Source: Anaerolineales bacterium (GTDB lineage: Bacteria > Chloroflexota > Anaerolineae > Anaerolineales > UBA11579). From it: 64,000 nucleotides of DNA. Below the pieces are notes generated by a model. It did not search any database, was not told the origin of the DNA, and saw only the letters and a program-made list of their open reading frames with translations. The position numbers and the translations under genes are program-made. Location of the stretch: positions 62,554-126,553 of the forward strand of contig JASFQL010000001.1 of the NCBI GenBank assembly GCA_050115475.1, given 5' to 3'. How positions within the stretch are numbered: the first letter of the stretch is position 1; the number at the start of each line of letters is the position of its first letter. Positions 18,793 through 28,610 of the stretch are shown here, piece by piece.

Positions 18793-20118
18793 CTATTGGG
18801 GAGTGATGTCCTCTTCTTTGGAGCTTGAAATTTTACTTATCATGACTTTATCGACACGATTTTGATCCATATCGACAACCTCGAAAGCGTATCCGAAGAT
18901 ACGAAAACTATCGCCGGTTTGTGGGATTTTGCCGAGTTTTGTGATAACAAAACCTCCCAGGGTCTGGATGTGACTTTGCATTATTTTATTCAGGTTGATA
19001 TCCAACAATTCAGAAAGGACCTCGATTAACAGCATACCATCAATGATCCAACTCCCATCTGGGCGCTGGACGATGAGGGGATCGTAGAATTCATCTGCTT
19101 CTGGTAAATCACCCACGATCACCTCTAAGATATCTTTGGTGGCGACCATGCCGTCTATGCCCCCGAACTCATTGTGTACAAAAACGACGTCGGAACGGTT
19201 GTTTTTCATGTGCTTCATCGTGTTCAATAGATCGAAACTCTCTGGCACCAACACAGGAGGATTGAGCGCGTCGCGCAGGTCAAAACTGTTGTTTTGCAGG
19301 TATTGGGAAAGCAGTTCTTGGACGTACACCATACCCAAGATGTGGTCCAGATCCGAATCGGCGATGGGGATTTTTTCGTGGCCGACGGTGATTAAGAATT
19401 CTTTGATTTCTTCCTGCGAAGCATGGATATCCAGCCAATCGAGTTCTGGGCGCGGGGTGATCACGGCTTTAATAGGCGTATCGTCGAAGCGCAAGACCTG
19501 TTCGAGCATGGTCTCCTCAAGCGGTTTCAAAACACCGATGTTCACACCTTCATCGATCATGAGGCGCAGTTCTTTGATGCTCACGGCTGGCTGGCGGGTA
19601 GTATCGATGCCCAGGAGTTTGATGATTACATTCGTTGAAAGATCGAGCAGCTTTATCACCGGCGAAAACAATTTAGATAGCTTTTGCATGAAGGGGGCAA
19701 CCAGCTTGGCGAACCGATTGGGGTTGCTTAACGCGATTTGCTTGGGGACCAGTTCGCCGATGACAAGCGAAAAGTAAGTGATGATTAATATAACGATGAT
19801 GACGGCAATACTTTCGGCATATGGTTCGACCGCTGGAAGATTGCTGAATAGCCTGGTGAGGGTGAGCGCGATCGTGGCTCCCCCGATCGTGCCGGAAGCA
19901 ACGCCTACGAGTGTTATCCCGATTTGAACGGTCGATAAAAAGCCGCTGGAATTTCTGGCCAGTTCCATGGTGGTTTGTGCGCGTGCATCGCCATGGGCGG
20001 CTTGCTGCTGGAGGCGCAGTTTTTTAACCGAGAGGAGGGCGAGTTCTGCCAGTGCGAAAAAACCATTGAGAGAGATCAAGACCAGGATAAGCAGTAGTTC
20101 GAGGAATTCTTTATTCAT
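18793..20118 (-). CDS. Hemolysin/CNNM family protein (DUF21-CBS pair-CorC_HlyC)
   Basis: N-terminal DUF21 TM region (LNGFFALAELALLS), then a CBS region, then a C-terminal transporter-associated domain (FEVVDMDQNRVDKVMI). Start set at the ATG at 20118. Confidence 0.85.
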   Translation of the reverse strand: MNKEFLELLLILVLISLNGFFALAELALLSVKKLRLQQQAAHGDARAQTTMELARNSSGFLSTVQIGITLVGVASGTIGGATIALTLTRLFSNLPAVEPYAESIAVIIVILIITYFSLVIGELVPKQIALSNPNRFAKLVAPFMQKLSKLFSPVIKLLDLSTNVIIKLLGIDTTRQPAVSIKELRLMIDEGVNIGVLKPLEETMLEQVLRFDDTPIKAVITPRPELDWLDIHASQEEIKEFLITVGHEKIPIADSDLDHILGMVYVQELLSQYLQNNSFDLRDALNPPVLVPESFDLLNTMKHMKNNRSDVVFVHNEFGGIDGMVATKDILEVIVGDLPEADEFYDPLIVQRPDGSWIIDGMLLIEVLSELLDINLNKIMQSHIQTLGGFVITKLGKIPQTGDSFRIFGYAFEVVDMDQNRVDKVMISKISSSKEEDITPQ

Positions 20119-20257
20119 TGGTGTTTCCTTTGCAGTTAACAGCACAAAGAGATGAATATATTATAAAACCTGGCGAATGGTGTTATCTGTGCTTTAGAAA
20201 AAACCTTTGTTGTATTGGAGACAAGGCAAAGCTTATTTGTTTCCCTGTGATCGACTA

Positions 20258-21088
20258 CTATTTATTCCAATGGGATAGGTCTACCTCCAGGAAATCGGCC
20301 AGTTCCTGGTTCCACGGCCTGTAGAACTCGATCAGCCTTTGCCTGGTCGCCTTGTCCATAGGGGGGTATTGGAACGTTTTTTGATTCCCCCAGAACACCA
20401 GGCGCTTCAATTTGGGTGGGAGGAACCGCTGCACTGGTGGATGCTCGAAGAACCAGTTGTAGAGGGGGTTGTCCCAAACAGATGAGGGGTTGAAGGCCTT
20501 ATCCATGTCTGGTACTTTGAAATCTGGATCTACATCCAGGAATTCGAAGCATGTCCGGTAGAAATTTATGGGGTCATCCCGGAGGTCGTCGAAGAGCAGG
20601 ACCAGCAGTTGCTCGGGTGGGATTAGTTCCAAATAGCGATGGATGTACTGCATATAGGTCCCCCGGCTGAAATATCCCGGTTTGCCTGGTTCGTAGGTAG
20701 GGTCGAGGGCGGTATCCAGGGTCTGGGCGAATTCCTGCGGTTCCGAGAGGGTCATGCGCTTGTCCCAATACTGGGAATAAGCCCGTTCTATCGGATTCCT
20801 AACCGTCAAGATTAATTTTGCGTTGGGCAGGGATTCCTTGATACGGGTGGGTGCTTGCGGGTGGCAGATATAGCCGGGAGAAGCCTCACCGTATACGGTC
20901 TTACTTGGGGGGATGTCAGAAAAAAACTTTCGGTAGTAATCGATCCCCTTGCGGAATTCGTGATCCAGGAAGAAGAAGTTGACCTCTTTCTTTTCCGCCA
21001 TGAAGATCTGTGGGTGTTTTTTTAGGATGTTATAAAGTGAAGTAGTTCCCGCTTTCTGGGAGCCGATGATGAGGAAATTGGGGAGCAT
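20258..21088 (-). CDS. Sulfotransferase family protein
   Basis: PAPS 5'-phosphosulfate binding loop PNFLIIGSQKAGTTSL, and the 3'-phosphate motif RNPIERAYSQY. Start ambiguous: ATG at 21088 or TTG at 21148. Confidence 0.75.
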   Translation of the reverse strand: MLPNFLIIGSQKAGTTSLYNILKKHPQIFMAEKKEVNFFFLDHEFRKGIDYYRKFFSDIPPSKTVYGEASPGYICHPQAPTRIKESLPNAKLILTVRNPIERAYSQYWDKRMTLSEPQEFAQTLDTALDPTYEPGKPGYFSRGTYMQYIHRYLELIPPEQLLVLLFDDLRDDPINFYRTCFEFLDVDPDFKVPDMDKAFNPSSVWDNPLYNWFFEHPPVQRFLPPKLKRLVFWGNQKTFQYPPMDKATRQRLIEFYRPWNQELADFLEVDLSHWNK

Positions 21089-21191
21089 CCATCCTCCGGT
21101 TTTCGGGTTTCCTGATCCTGGTGGATGAGTGTACCATACATATTGCAATATAATTATGCAGTGAAAATTTATATTAATCTAGGAGACCATC

Positions 21192-22361
21192 ATGGCACAA
21201 ACAGCGGACGCGATTATCATCGGCGGGGGAATCCATGGGAGTAGTCTGGCGTTTCACCTGGCTCGCCACGGCGTGAAAGCAACCGTGTTGGAGCGCGAAG
21301 TACTCGCCTCTGGGGCGACCGGACGATCTAGCGGGTTGGTGCGCATGCACTACGACCTGGAGACAGAGTCGCGGCTCGCTTGGGAGTCTTTCCAATATTT
21401 CAATAATTGGGAAGAGATCGTCGGCGGAGACTGTGGATTTACCCGCACAGGCTTCCTTCAATTTGTGTTATCTGAATACGAAGAGAACCTCAAGGCCAAT
21501 GTCGCCATGCATCAAAAGATAGGTATCCCCACTTCGGTGGTGGATGCGGATGACGTGAAGCGGTTGGCGCCTTCCTTCTCTATCGAAGGGATCAACTTCG
21601 CTGCCTATGAGCCTGAATCTGGCTACGCCGACCCCTATTCCGCCACAGCCTCTTTCCTCGATGCTGCCCGCAGGATGGGCGCAAAGCTTATGCAGGATTG
21701 TGAAGTGACCGCTGTAGAGGTTAAAGGGGGCAAAGTAACGGGGGTGAAAAGCACCCAGGGTGATTTCGCTGCACCGGTGGTGGTCAACTGCGCCGGTCCA
21801 TGGGCTGCCAGGGTAGGCAAGATGATTGGTCTCGATCTGCCGGTTGACACATGGCAGCACGACACCATGATGGTGAAATGTCCGAAGGAAATGGAGTCCT
21901 CATATCCTACGGTGATCGACGATATAACGGAGATGTACTTCAGGCCGGAGACGGGCGGCTTGACTCTCGTAGGCTTGGAAGACAACAATCCCATCGGTGA
22001 ATCCCCGGATGGGCAGACAGATCACGCCAAAGCGGGCTTCGTGGAGCGCGCCATCGAGCGTATCTGCCAGCGTATCCCCATCATGGAAAAGGCTTCCCTG
22101 CAAAGTGCCCACGGAGGCTATGACGGCATCTCACCTGACCAACGCGCCATTCTCGGCTCAGCCGGGCCACAAGGCTTTTATCTCCAGTGCGGCTTCAGCG
22201 GCACTGGGTTCAAGATCGGGCCAGCGGTAGGGAAATGCATGGCTGAGTTGATCGTAGATGGAAGATCGAAAACTGTGGATATTACCCCCTTCCAGCTAAA
22301 ACGTTTCGAAGAGGGCCGCCATATCGAAGGCGAACATAAATATGGGAATATCTGGCACTAG
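21192..22361 (+). CDS. FAD-dependent oxidoreductase (DAO family, sarcosine/glycine oxidase-like)
   Basis: N-terminal Rossmann motif DAIIIGGGIHGSSLAFHLARHG; 389 aa. Confidence 0.8.
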   Translation: MAQTADAIIIGGGIHGSSLAFHLARHGVKATVLEREVLASGATGRSSGLVRMHYDLETESRLAWESFQYFNNWEEIVGGDCGFTRTGFLQFVLSEYEENLKANVAMHQKIGIPTSVVDADDVKRLAPSFSIEGINFAAYEPESGYADPYSATASFLDAARRMGAKLMQDCEVTAVEVKGGKVTGVKSTQGDFAAPVVVNCAGPWAARVGKMIGLDLPVDTWQHDTMMVKCPKEMESSYPTVIDDITEMYFRPETGGLTLVGLEDNNPIGESPDGQTDHAKAGFVERAIERICQRIPIMEKASLQSAHGGYDGISPDQRAILGSAGPQGFYLQCGFSGTGFKIGPAVGKCMAELIVDGRSKTVDITPFQLKRFEEGRHIEGEHKYGNIWH

Positions 22362-22370
22362 ATTATAGGT

Positions 22371-22877
22371 TTACTCGAACCTTTTATCCGCCTTGGCCTC
22401 GGTCACCCTGCCTTTTGATTTCTCCAGCCATCCCACCTGTGTATCGGTGTAATGGTCGAATGCGGGTACATAGGGTTTGATGTCCAGGAGTGGCGTGCCG
22501 TCGATCACGTCCACGTTCTCGATGGTGAGTATGTTCTCTTCGATACGCAGGAGTTTCACGATTGACAATCCGATGGGGTTGGGTCGTGTAGGCGCACGCG
22601 TGGCGAAGACACCTTTTGGATGGGAATCTAAAAATGGCGTGACGGTAAGCGCTACTTTTTGGGACAGGTGAAAGCCATATAGCAAGATAATGTGAGAAAA
22701 ACCTTCCAATTCAGCCAGGCCGTCTTTATATTTGGGCAGTATCTCAACCTTCCCCCGAACGCCTCTTGCCCCGGATGGCTGGATCGGCATCCCTTCCAAC
22801 TTGTCAAATGGGCTGGAGATAAAGCCGATTACCTGGTAAGTGAATTCCATGTTTGAGTTGGTGGATTGATCAGTCAA
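22371..22877 (-). CDS. trmO: tRNA (t6A37-N6)-methyltransferase TrmO (TsaA/YaeB family)
   Basis: 168 aa with GVFATRAPTRPNPIGLSIVKLL and DGTPLLDIKPY motifs. Confidence 0.8.
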   Translation of the reverse strand: MTDQSTNSNMEFTYQVIGFISSPFDKLEGMPIQPSGARGVRGKVEILPKYKDGLAELEGFSHIILLYGFHLSQKVALTVTPFLDSHPKGVFATRAPTRPNPIGLSIVKLLRIEENILTIENVDVIDGTPLLDIKPYVPAFDHYTDTQVGWLEKSKGRVTEAKADKRFE

Positions 22878-24027
22878 TCTCGAAAGAGATACTTTCTTGC
22901 GCCGAACACCACATCAGCGCCGTCATTACGATGGCCGAGGTTAAACACCATGCGCAGGTTGCGCCGATAACGAAAGGCTCGAGATACGTGAGATAGATAG
23001 AAAAGAGGGTTCCGCCGAAGGTCATGGCAAAAAGTATGTTGGAAGATGGCCATTGGAGTTTTTCAGGCCCCCAGCGCTGGATAACCCACACCACGGCAAC
23101 GAGACAATACCCCACGATCCCTAGAACGCCAATCGGTAGAAACCCGAATAAGACTGCATATTCACTTTGCTGGACGGTATTACAGTCTCCAACTGGACCG
23201 CACACGGCTGTCTCGTGGGTCAATTCGACAAAACTCATGTACACTGAAACGATGAGGCCGATGACTATCAGGCCAATAAACACGCCTGTTGGGCAGATAT
23301 CTTTCCCTTCCAGCCGGCCAATCATCATTAATACAATCCATACCACAACAAATACCATACCGATTAATACCAAAACAGACATCGAATTTCCCACAACATC
23401 TTGAAGGAATCGTTCTTTTACTGTAAGGGGAATGAAATCGATCTCATTCAGCGAACTGCTGTCTGGGGATTGCGCATCACCTTCAGGATCGCTTTCATCC
23501 AATGACTCGCTTTGTGTGGGGAGGGCGTTGCTTGTTGCAGTCTCAGCTGGTTGTTCCTCTTCGGGTTCGATCAATTCCGCATTTTCCATATATTCCATCA
23601 ATCCCGGAATTTGCGGCCAATCGACACCCCCAGAAGCTACCCAGGTTTCGACGAGTGCCGGGAATTTCTCTGGGATATCCACCGATCCCATCAAGCCCAC
23701 CTCCTCCACGACCATGAATGGCACCCCGGCTCGATCGAGAGGGATGTCGAAGTATCTGACGGCATCTATGAACAGCTCCCCCCCTTTTTCATCTTGAATG
23801 TTTACCAGGAGGATAACGAGCTGCTCCCCATATTTCTCTAATATTGGAGGCAAATCTTCGGTGATTACTTTATAACAGTGCCCGCAGCTAGACGAGTAAA
23901 ATAAGACGGCGTGAACGACGGGTGTCTGTGCAGAAACGCCTTGGATGTTGAAAAACGCAGCAACAATCGAGATCAGCAGCACGATTGAAATTATCTTCAG
24001 CGTTCTTGCTGGTACGCCTGTAAGCAT
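22870..24027 (-). CDS. Vitamin K epoxide reductase (VKOR) family protein fused to an N-terminal thioredoxin-like domain
   Basis: Signal/TM segment, then a CxxC thioredoxin-like motif (SSCGHCYK), then a VKOR core with CGPVGDC and CAWC in TM helices. ATG at 24027 is preceded by GGGAGG. 8-nt overlap with trmO. Confidence 0.75.
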   Translation of the reverse strand: MLTGVPARTLKIISIVLLISIVAAFFNIQGVSAQTPVVHAVLFYSSSCGHCYKVITEDLPPILEKYGEQLVILLVNIQDEKGGELFIDAVRYFDIPLDRAGVPFMVVEEVGLMGSVDIPEKFPALVETWVASGGVDWPQIPGLMEYMENAELIEPEEEQPAETATSNALPTQSESLDESDPEGDAQSPDSSSLNEIDFIPLTVKERFLQDVVGNSMSVLVLIGMVFVVVWIVLMMIGRLEGKDICPTGVFIGLIVIGLIVSVYMSFVELTHETAVCGPVGDCNTVQQSEYAVLFGFLPIGVLGIVGYCLVAVVWVIQRWGPEKLQWPSSNILFAMTFGGTLFSIYLTYLEPFVIGATCAWCLTSAIVMTALMWCSAQESISFEID

Positions 24028-24145
24028 AAAATTTATACCTCCCGGGTATCTATAGTGCAGTCGCTTCACGCAGATTATACAACTGTAGTGATATATGTCA
24101 ACTCACATAAGTCAAAGAATACCAATTCGATTGCGCCCCAAAACA

Positions 24146-24178
24146 GATAGAGCCATTCATTCTTCGAATGGCTCTATC
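24146..24178. repeat. Perfect 13-bp inverted repeat in a divergent intergenic region
   Basis: GATAGAGCCATTC (24146-24158), 7-nt spacer, GAATGGCTCTATC (24166-24178). No flanking U-tract. Confidence 0.8.
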
Positions 24179-24473
24179 ATGGGAAAGTGAAAGAGGTGCC
24201 TGAAACCTCTATAGAAAAGAAGAAACATTCCCAATTACACCTTATCTCTTTTCCCCTCCTGATAGAAGTGACAATACTCCCGCCTGAAATTAATTTTATC
24301 GATGAGTCTCTATCGAAAAAATCTATCGAGTGCTGGTGCTCACTCCCAGATCACCATATATTTTCCTGGCAGGTTGTTGGGTTCTCATTCGGCCCTTTAT
24401 CTCAAAGCATTTTTCCCCTATAATACAAATAATCGGATATCAATTACCATTCTATGTTTCTGTTGAGGAGATA

Positions 24474-24722
24474 ATGATGAGGAAATTCTTCAGCTTTCTT
24501 ATGGGAACAGTCATGGGCGCTCTGGTTGGTGCTACTGTCGCCCTCCTCCTGACGCCTGAATCTGGAGAGGAATTTCGAGGGTTGATACGCCAGCGGTTTG
24601 AAAGCCTTCAGGGGGAAATCCAAGAGGCAGCAGCGACCCGCAGGATCGAGCTAGAAAAGCAGCTTGCTGATTTGCGGCAGCCCAAGACGGTCTCCGTTCC
24701 TTTAGAAGACTCCAAGCAATAG
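24474..24722 (+). CDS. YtxH domain-containing protein
   Basis: 82 aa. N-terminal TM FLMGTVMGALVGATVALLLTPESGEE, then a helical tail. GAGGAG lies 3 nt upstream of the ATG at 24474. The track ORF start at 24330 has no support. Confidence 0.7.
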   Translation: MMRKFFSFLMGTVMGALVGATVALLLTPESGEEFRGLIRQRFESLQGEIQEAAATRRIELEKQLADLRQPKTVSVPLEDSKQ

Positions 24723-24746
24723 AATAACCATTTAAATAACAGACAG

Positions 24747-24785
24747 GCTCCCCGGATATCGATTCGGGGAGCTTGTTTTGGTTAT
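24747..24785 (+). terminator. Intrinsic terminator after the ytxH-like gene
   Basis: GCTCCCCG (24747-24754) / CGGGGAGC (24765-24772), followed by TTGTTTTGGTT. Confidence 0.6.
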
Positions 24786-24812
24786 TATCCCTAATCTTTT
24801 CATAGTGATCCA

Positions 24813-27800
24813 TCACCCCTTCATCAACTGCTCCACCCGACTCTCGCCCGTGCTGTAATATTTGGCCTGGGGGTGATGGACGATGATGGCGGCGGTCGAT
24901 TGTTCCGGGACGAGTTGGAATGCGCTGGTCAGGCTCATCCCCAATTTGCTTTCGGCAGGCAAGAGATCGAACACCTTGCGGTGGTCGTCCAACGTTGGGA
25001 TGGCCGGGTAGCCCCACGAATAGCGTTTCCCCTGGCCTTTAGGGATTCCCAACTCCCGCCTGACGTGGCGGTGGAGGTATTCAGCCGCAGCTTCGGCGGT
25101 CTGCACCGCCAGCCCATGCACGAAATACGCCTCGGAATAATCTCCCGCCTGTTCCAACCGGGCAAACCGCTCCGTAGCCTCTTGCCCTACCGTGACCACC
25201 TGGAAGGCGACCACGTCCATGATGCCCGATTCAACCGGGGCGAAATAATCGGCCAGACACAGACGGTCACCGGCGCGCTGGCGCGGGAACGAGAAACGGG
25301 TCGATAATTCAGGCTGGTTTTGTGTGAGAGAATCCGGGTGATACACGACGAGGTCGTCCCCATCCGATTGGGCTGGCCAGAAGCCGTACACCCCTTGAGG
25401 AGCGAGCCACCCCGTCCGGAGTGCTTCTTTCTTCATCTTCCCCAGGCGTACTTCGAATTCAGCCTCCAACTTCTCCCACTCCTCGCCCCTGGCATTCTTC
25501 GCTCCCCAAGAAAGCCGGAAGAGTTCATTTTTATAGAGATGTTCAAAGATGCTTTCTAGTGGCAGCTCTTTCACCACTCGTGCCCCCCACTGCTTGGGTT
25601 GGGGGATGTCTTCAGCTAAAGGCAAAGCCTTCTTTTGCGTAGACCTACCTTTTTTAGTCTTTACTTCCCGTTGGGCTTCATTGGCAGCCTTGTTGTAGAG
25701 TACTTCAAGCAGCGCCCCACGCTTTTGTTCGTCGATGAGCTGTTCGATGGTCTCAAGTCCCTCGAAGGCGTCGCTGCAGTAGAACACGCCCGGTTTGTAG
25801 CGCTCTCCATCTTCGGTGTAGAGGATGCGCCACCCAAACCGCCGGTTGATGGCTGCTCCGCCGATCAATACAGGGAACGCCAATCCGCGGCGGTGCAGTT
25901 CATTGACGATCAGGGGCATCTGTTTGCTCGTGCTCACCAGTAGGGCGCTCAGGCCGATGGCGTCGGCCTTCACCTCTTCCGCTTTACTGATGATTGTCTC
26001 GACCGGAACCTGTTTGCCGAGGTCGTGCACTTCATAACCGTTGTTCGCCAGGATAGTCTTGACGAGGTTCTTGCCGATGTCGTGGACGTCGCCGTAGACG
26101 GTGGCAAGGACGATCACGCCCTTGCTGACGCCTTCGAGCTTCTCCAGGTAATTATCCAGGTGGGCGACGGACTTCTTCATCACCTCGGCGGATTGGAGCA
26201 CGAAGGGGAGGATCAATTCCCCGGCCCCGAACTTGTCGCCAACCTCCTTCATCGCTGGCAGGAGAGTGTCGTTGAGGATATCTACCGCAGCGATATGGTC
26301 ACTGTCCTTATCTTTGCGATTGATAATTTCGTCAATAGCGTCCTCCACACCTTCCTTATGCCGGTGCAGGATGCTCCAATGGAGGCGTTCTTCGGGCGTC
26401 ATCCCCTCTGTGGGATCACTTTGGGTCTCTTCTTCCACCGTGACGTTCTCGTAATATTCGATCACTCGCTGGAGGGCGTCATCCCGGTGGTTGAAGATGA
26501 GGTCTTCCATCAACTGCCGCTCCTCTTTGGGGATTTCTGCATAAGGCTTGATCTTGGCAGCGTGCACGATGGCCATATCCAGCCCGGCTTCCACAGCATG
26601 GTGGAGCATCATCGAGTTGAGTACTAGACGGGCGGCTTTACTCAAGCCAAAAGAGACGTTGCTGACGCCCAGGGAAGTGAATACCCCAGGCAGTTCTGCT
26701 TTGATCTGTTTGATCGCTTCCAATGTGGCGATAGCGGAATCGTTGAACTCGGGGTCGCCGGTGGAGAGCGGAAAGGTGAGCGCGTCGTAGACCAGGGCAT
26801 CGGGTTTAAGGCCAAACTCATCCACAGCAATTTTATAGATGCGTTTGGCGATATCCACTTTGCGCTCTACTGTCTTCGCCATCCCCTCTTCGTCGATGGT
26901 CAGGATCAGCACGGCAGCGTTGTGCTCCTTGGCGAGCCGTAAGACCTTTTCCAGTTTGGGGCGGCCTGCCTCGAGGTGGGTGGAGTTGAGCAAACAGCGT
27001 CCTGGGGCGAGTTTGAGTGCCGCTTCCATCACCTCCGGCTCGGTCGTATCGATCACCAAAGGGACTTCCACGCTCATCGCCAATCGCTTGACCAGTTTCG
27101 ACATCAACCCCATTTCATCCGGATTCTCGGTGACCGCCACAGACACGTCCAGGGCATGCGCGCCGCCCTCGATCTGCTCCCTGGCGACCTCGATCATTGC
27201 ATCGAAATCCTCCGCCAGGAGCAGTTTCTTGAAAACCCGGCTGCCGGTGGCGTTGAGCCGTTCCCCAATTAACAAGGGGCGCGGCTCTTGTTTCATGGGC
27301 GTGGCACGGATGGAAGAAGACAGGTGCGGTTCACTCGCCTCCGGGCGGGGTGGGGCTGGGTGCCCGTGGATCTGGTCGACCAGCAGCTTGAGGTGTACCG
27401 GAGTTGTGCCGCAGCAGCCCCCCACGACGCTGATATTGTGTTTGGTGACGAACTCGACCATTGCCTCGGCATAGGGCTGCGGCTCGAGGGGATAGACCGC
27501 TTCACCGTCCACATTGAGGGGTAAGCCTGCGTTGGGGATGGCCGAGACTGGTAGGGTGGCGTGTTCCCCCAGGTAGCTGATGGGCTGGCGCATGTGTTCC
27601 GGGCCGGTGGAGCAGTTCAAGCCGATGACGTCGATGGGCAGCCCCTCCAGGATGGTGAGAGCCGTGGCGATGTCTGTGCCCAGCAGCATCCGCCCGGAGG
27701 TATCCAGGGTCACCTGGCACTGCACGGGAAGGACTTCTCCGGTATCCACATAAGCCAGCTGAATGCCGCTGATGGCTGCCTTGACTTCCAGGATATCTTG

Positions 27801-28322
27801 GGAAGTCTCGATGAGGAGCACGTCCACGCCCCCATCGATCAAACCGCGGGCCTGCTCGCGGAAGACCTCCACCAGGTCGTCGTAGGTCACGTCGGATAGG
27901 GTCGGGTCGTCCGCCGAGGGGAGTTTGCCGGTTGGCCCCATCGATCCGGCCACGAAGCGCGGGCGCCCTGCCGTGCTGAATTCATCGGCAGCCTGCCGGG
28001 CGATCTGGGCAGCCGCTTTATTGATCTCATAGGTCTGGTCGCCCAGGCCGTATTCACCCAGGGTGATGCGGTTGGCGCGGAAGGTGTTCGTCTCGACCAC
28101 ATCCACGCCGACCTCGAAATAGGAGCGGTGGGCTTTTTCCACCGCCTCGGGGAATGTGACTGCCAGGTAATCGAAACAGCCGTTATACTGCTCCCCCCCG
28201 AAGTGTTCGGCGGTCAGGTCGAACGTCTGGAGCAGGGTGCCGTTGGCGCCATCGTAGATCAAGATGCGTTCGTCTAGCGCATCTAAGAACCTTCGCCTTG
28301 TGTATTTTCTTTGTCTACCCAT
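24813..28322 (-). CDS. metH: Cobalamin-dependent methionine synthase
   Basis: 1169 aa. Hcy-binding module (GGCCGTTP), pterin-binding module, B12-binding DxHxxG (GDVHDIGKN), and a C-terminal AdoMet reactivation domain. Confidence 0.95.
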   Translation of the reverse strand: MGRQRKYTRRRFLDALDERILIYDGANGTLLQTFDLTAEHFGGEQYNGCFDYLAVTFPEAVEKAHRSYFEVGVDVVETNTFRANRITLGEYGLGDQTYEINKAAAQIARQAADEFSTAGRPRFVAGSMGPTGKLPSADDPTLSDVTYDDLVEVFREQARGLIDGGVDVLLIETSQDILEVKAAISGIQLAYVDTGEVLPVQCQVTLDTSGRMLLGTDIATALTILEGLPIDVIGLNCSTGPEHMRQPISYLGEHATLPVSAIPNAGLPLNVDGEAVYPLEPQPYAEAMVEFVTKHNISVVGGCCGTTPVHLKLLVDQIHGHPAPPRPEASEPHLSSSIRATPMKQEPRPLLIGERLNATGSRVFKKLLLAEDFDAMIEVAREQIEGGAHALDVSVAVTENPDEMGLMSKLVKRLAMSVEVPLVIDTTEPEVMEAALKLAPGRCLLNSTHLEAGRPKLEKVLRLAKEHNAAVLILTIDEEGMAKTVERKVDIAKRIYKIAVDEFGLKPDALVYDALTFPLSTGDPEFNDSAIATLEAIKQIKAELPGVFTSLGVSNVSFGLSKAARLVLNSMMLHHAVEAGLDMAIVHAAKIKPYAEIPKEERQLMEDLIFNHRDDALQRVIEYYENVTVEEETQSDPTEGMTPEERLHWSILHRHKEGVEDAIDEIINRKDKDSDHIAAVDILNDTLLPAMKEVGDKFGAGELILPFVLQSAEVMKKSVAHLDNYLEKLEGVSKGVIVLATVYGDVHDIGKNLVKTILANNGYEVHDLGKQVPVETIISKAEEVKADAIGLSALLVSTSKQMPLIVNELHRRGLAFPVLIGGAAINRRFGWRILYTEDGERYKPGVFYCSDAFEGLETIEQLIDEQKRGALLEVLYNKAANEAQREVKTKKGRSTQKKALPLAEDIPQPKQWGARVVKELPLESIFEHLYKNELFRLSWGAKNARGEEWEKLEAEFEVRLGKMKKEALRTGWLAPQGVYGFWPAQSDGDDLVVYHPDSLTQNQPELSTRFSFPRQRAGDRLCLADYFAPVESGIMDVVAFQVVTVGQEATERFARLEQAGDYSEAYFVHGLAVQTAEAAAEYLHRHVRRELGIPKGQGKRYSWGYPAIPTLDDHRKVFDLLPAESKLGMSLTSAFQLVPEQSTAAIIVHHPQAKYYSTGESRVEQLMKG

Positions 28323-28353
28323 GGGCGCTCCTTCTAGGTTTAACCGCTGGATG

Positions 28354-28381
28354 AAAATAAAAGCCTCTCGTGGCGAGAGGC
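28354..28381 (-). terminator. Riboswitch expression-platform terminator
   Basis: Minus strand reads GCCTCTCG-CCA-CGAGAGGC followed by TTTTATTTT. It lies between the SAM-I aptamer and the metH start. Confidence 0.75.
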
Positions 28382-28402
28382 ATGTTGCAGTTCTGCAGTC
28401 TG

Positions 28403-28500
28403 CTCATCTGCCAGTGTCTACTGCCGGAGTTGGCACCTTCACGCTTGCGTGTGGGTTGCCGAGGTTTCAACGGGCCGGTCCCTCCACCTCTCTGGATGAG
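28403..28500 (-). promoter_or_regulatory. SAM-I (S-box) riboswitch aptamer
   Basis: Minus strand reads CTCATCCAGAGAGGTGGAGGGACCGGCCCGTTGAAACCTCGGCAACC...GGTGCCAACTCCGGCAG...GCAGATGAG. This matches the conserved S-box core (AGAGnGGnGGAGGGAC-GGCCC-TGAAACC-GGCAACC...GGTGC-AA-TCC-GCAG...GATGAG). Confidence 0.85.
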
Positions 28501-28532
28501 TCGTACTCAATCGTTATCCGGATATTTGCGAG

Positions 28533-28561
28533 AGTTTACCATACTGGACAAAGGTTGTCAA
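28533..28561 (-). promoter_or_regulatory. Sigma70-type promoter for the riboswitch-metH transcript
   Basis: Minus strand reads TTGACA, 17-nt spacer, TAAACT, with a TGg extended -10 element just upstream. About 30 nt upstream of the aptamer. Confidence 0.45.
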
Positions 28562-28610
28562 ATTTCCCATTTCTGCGGGTGATGAATATTGAAATTTCCG
28601 ATAAAAAAAC

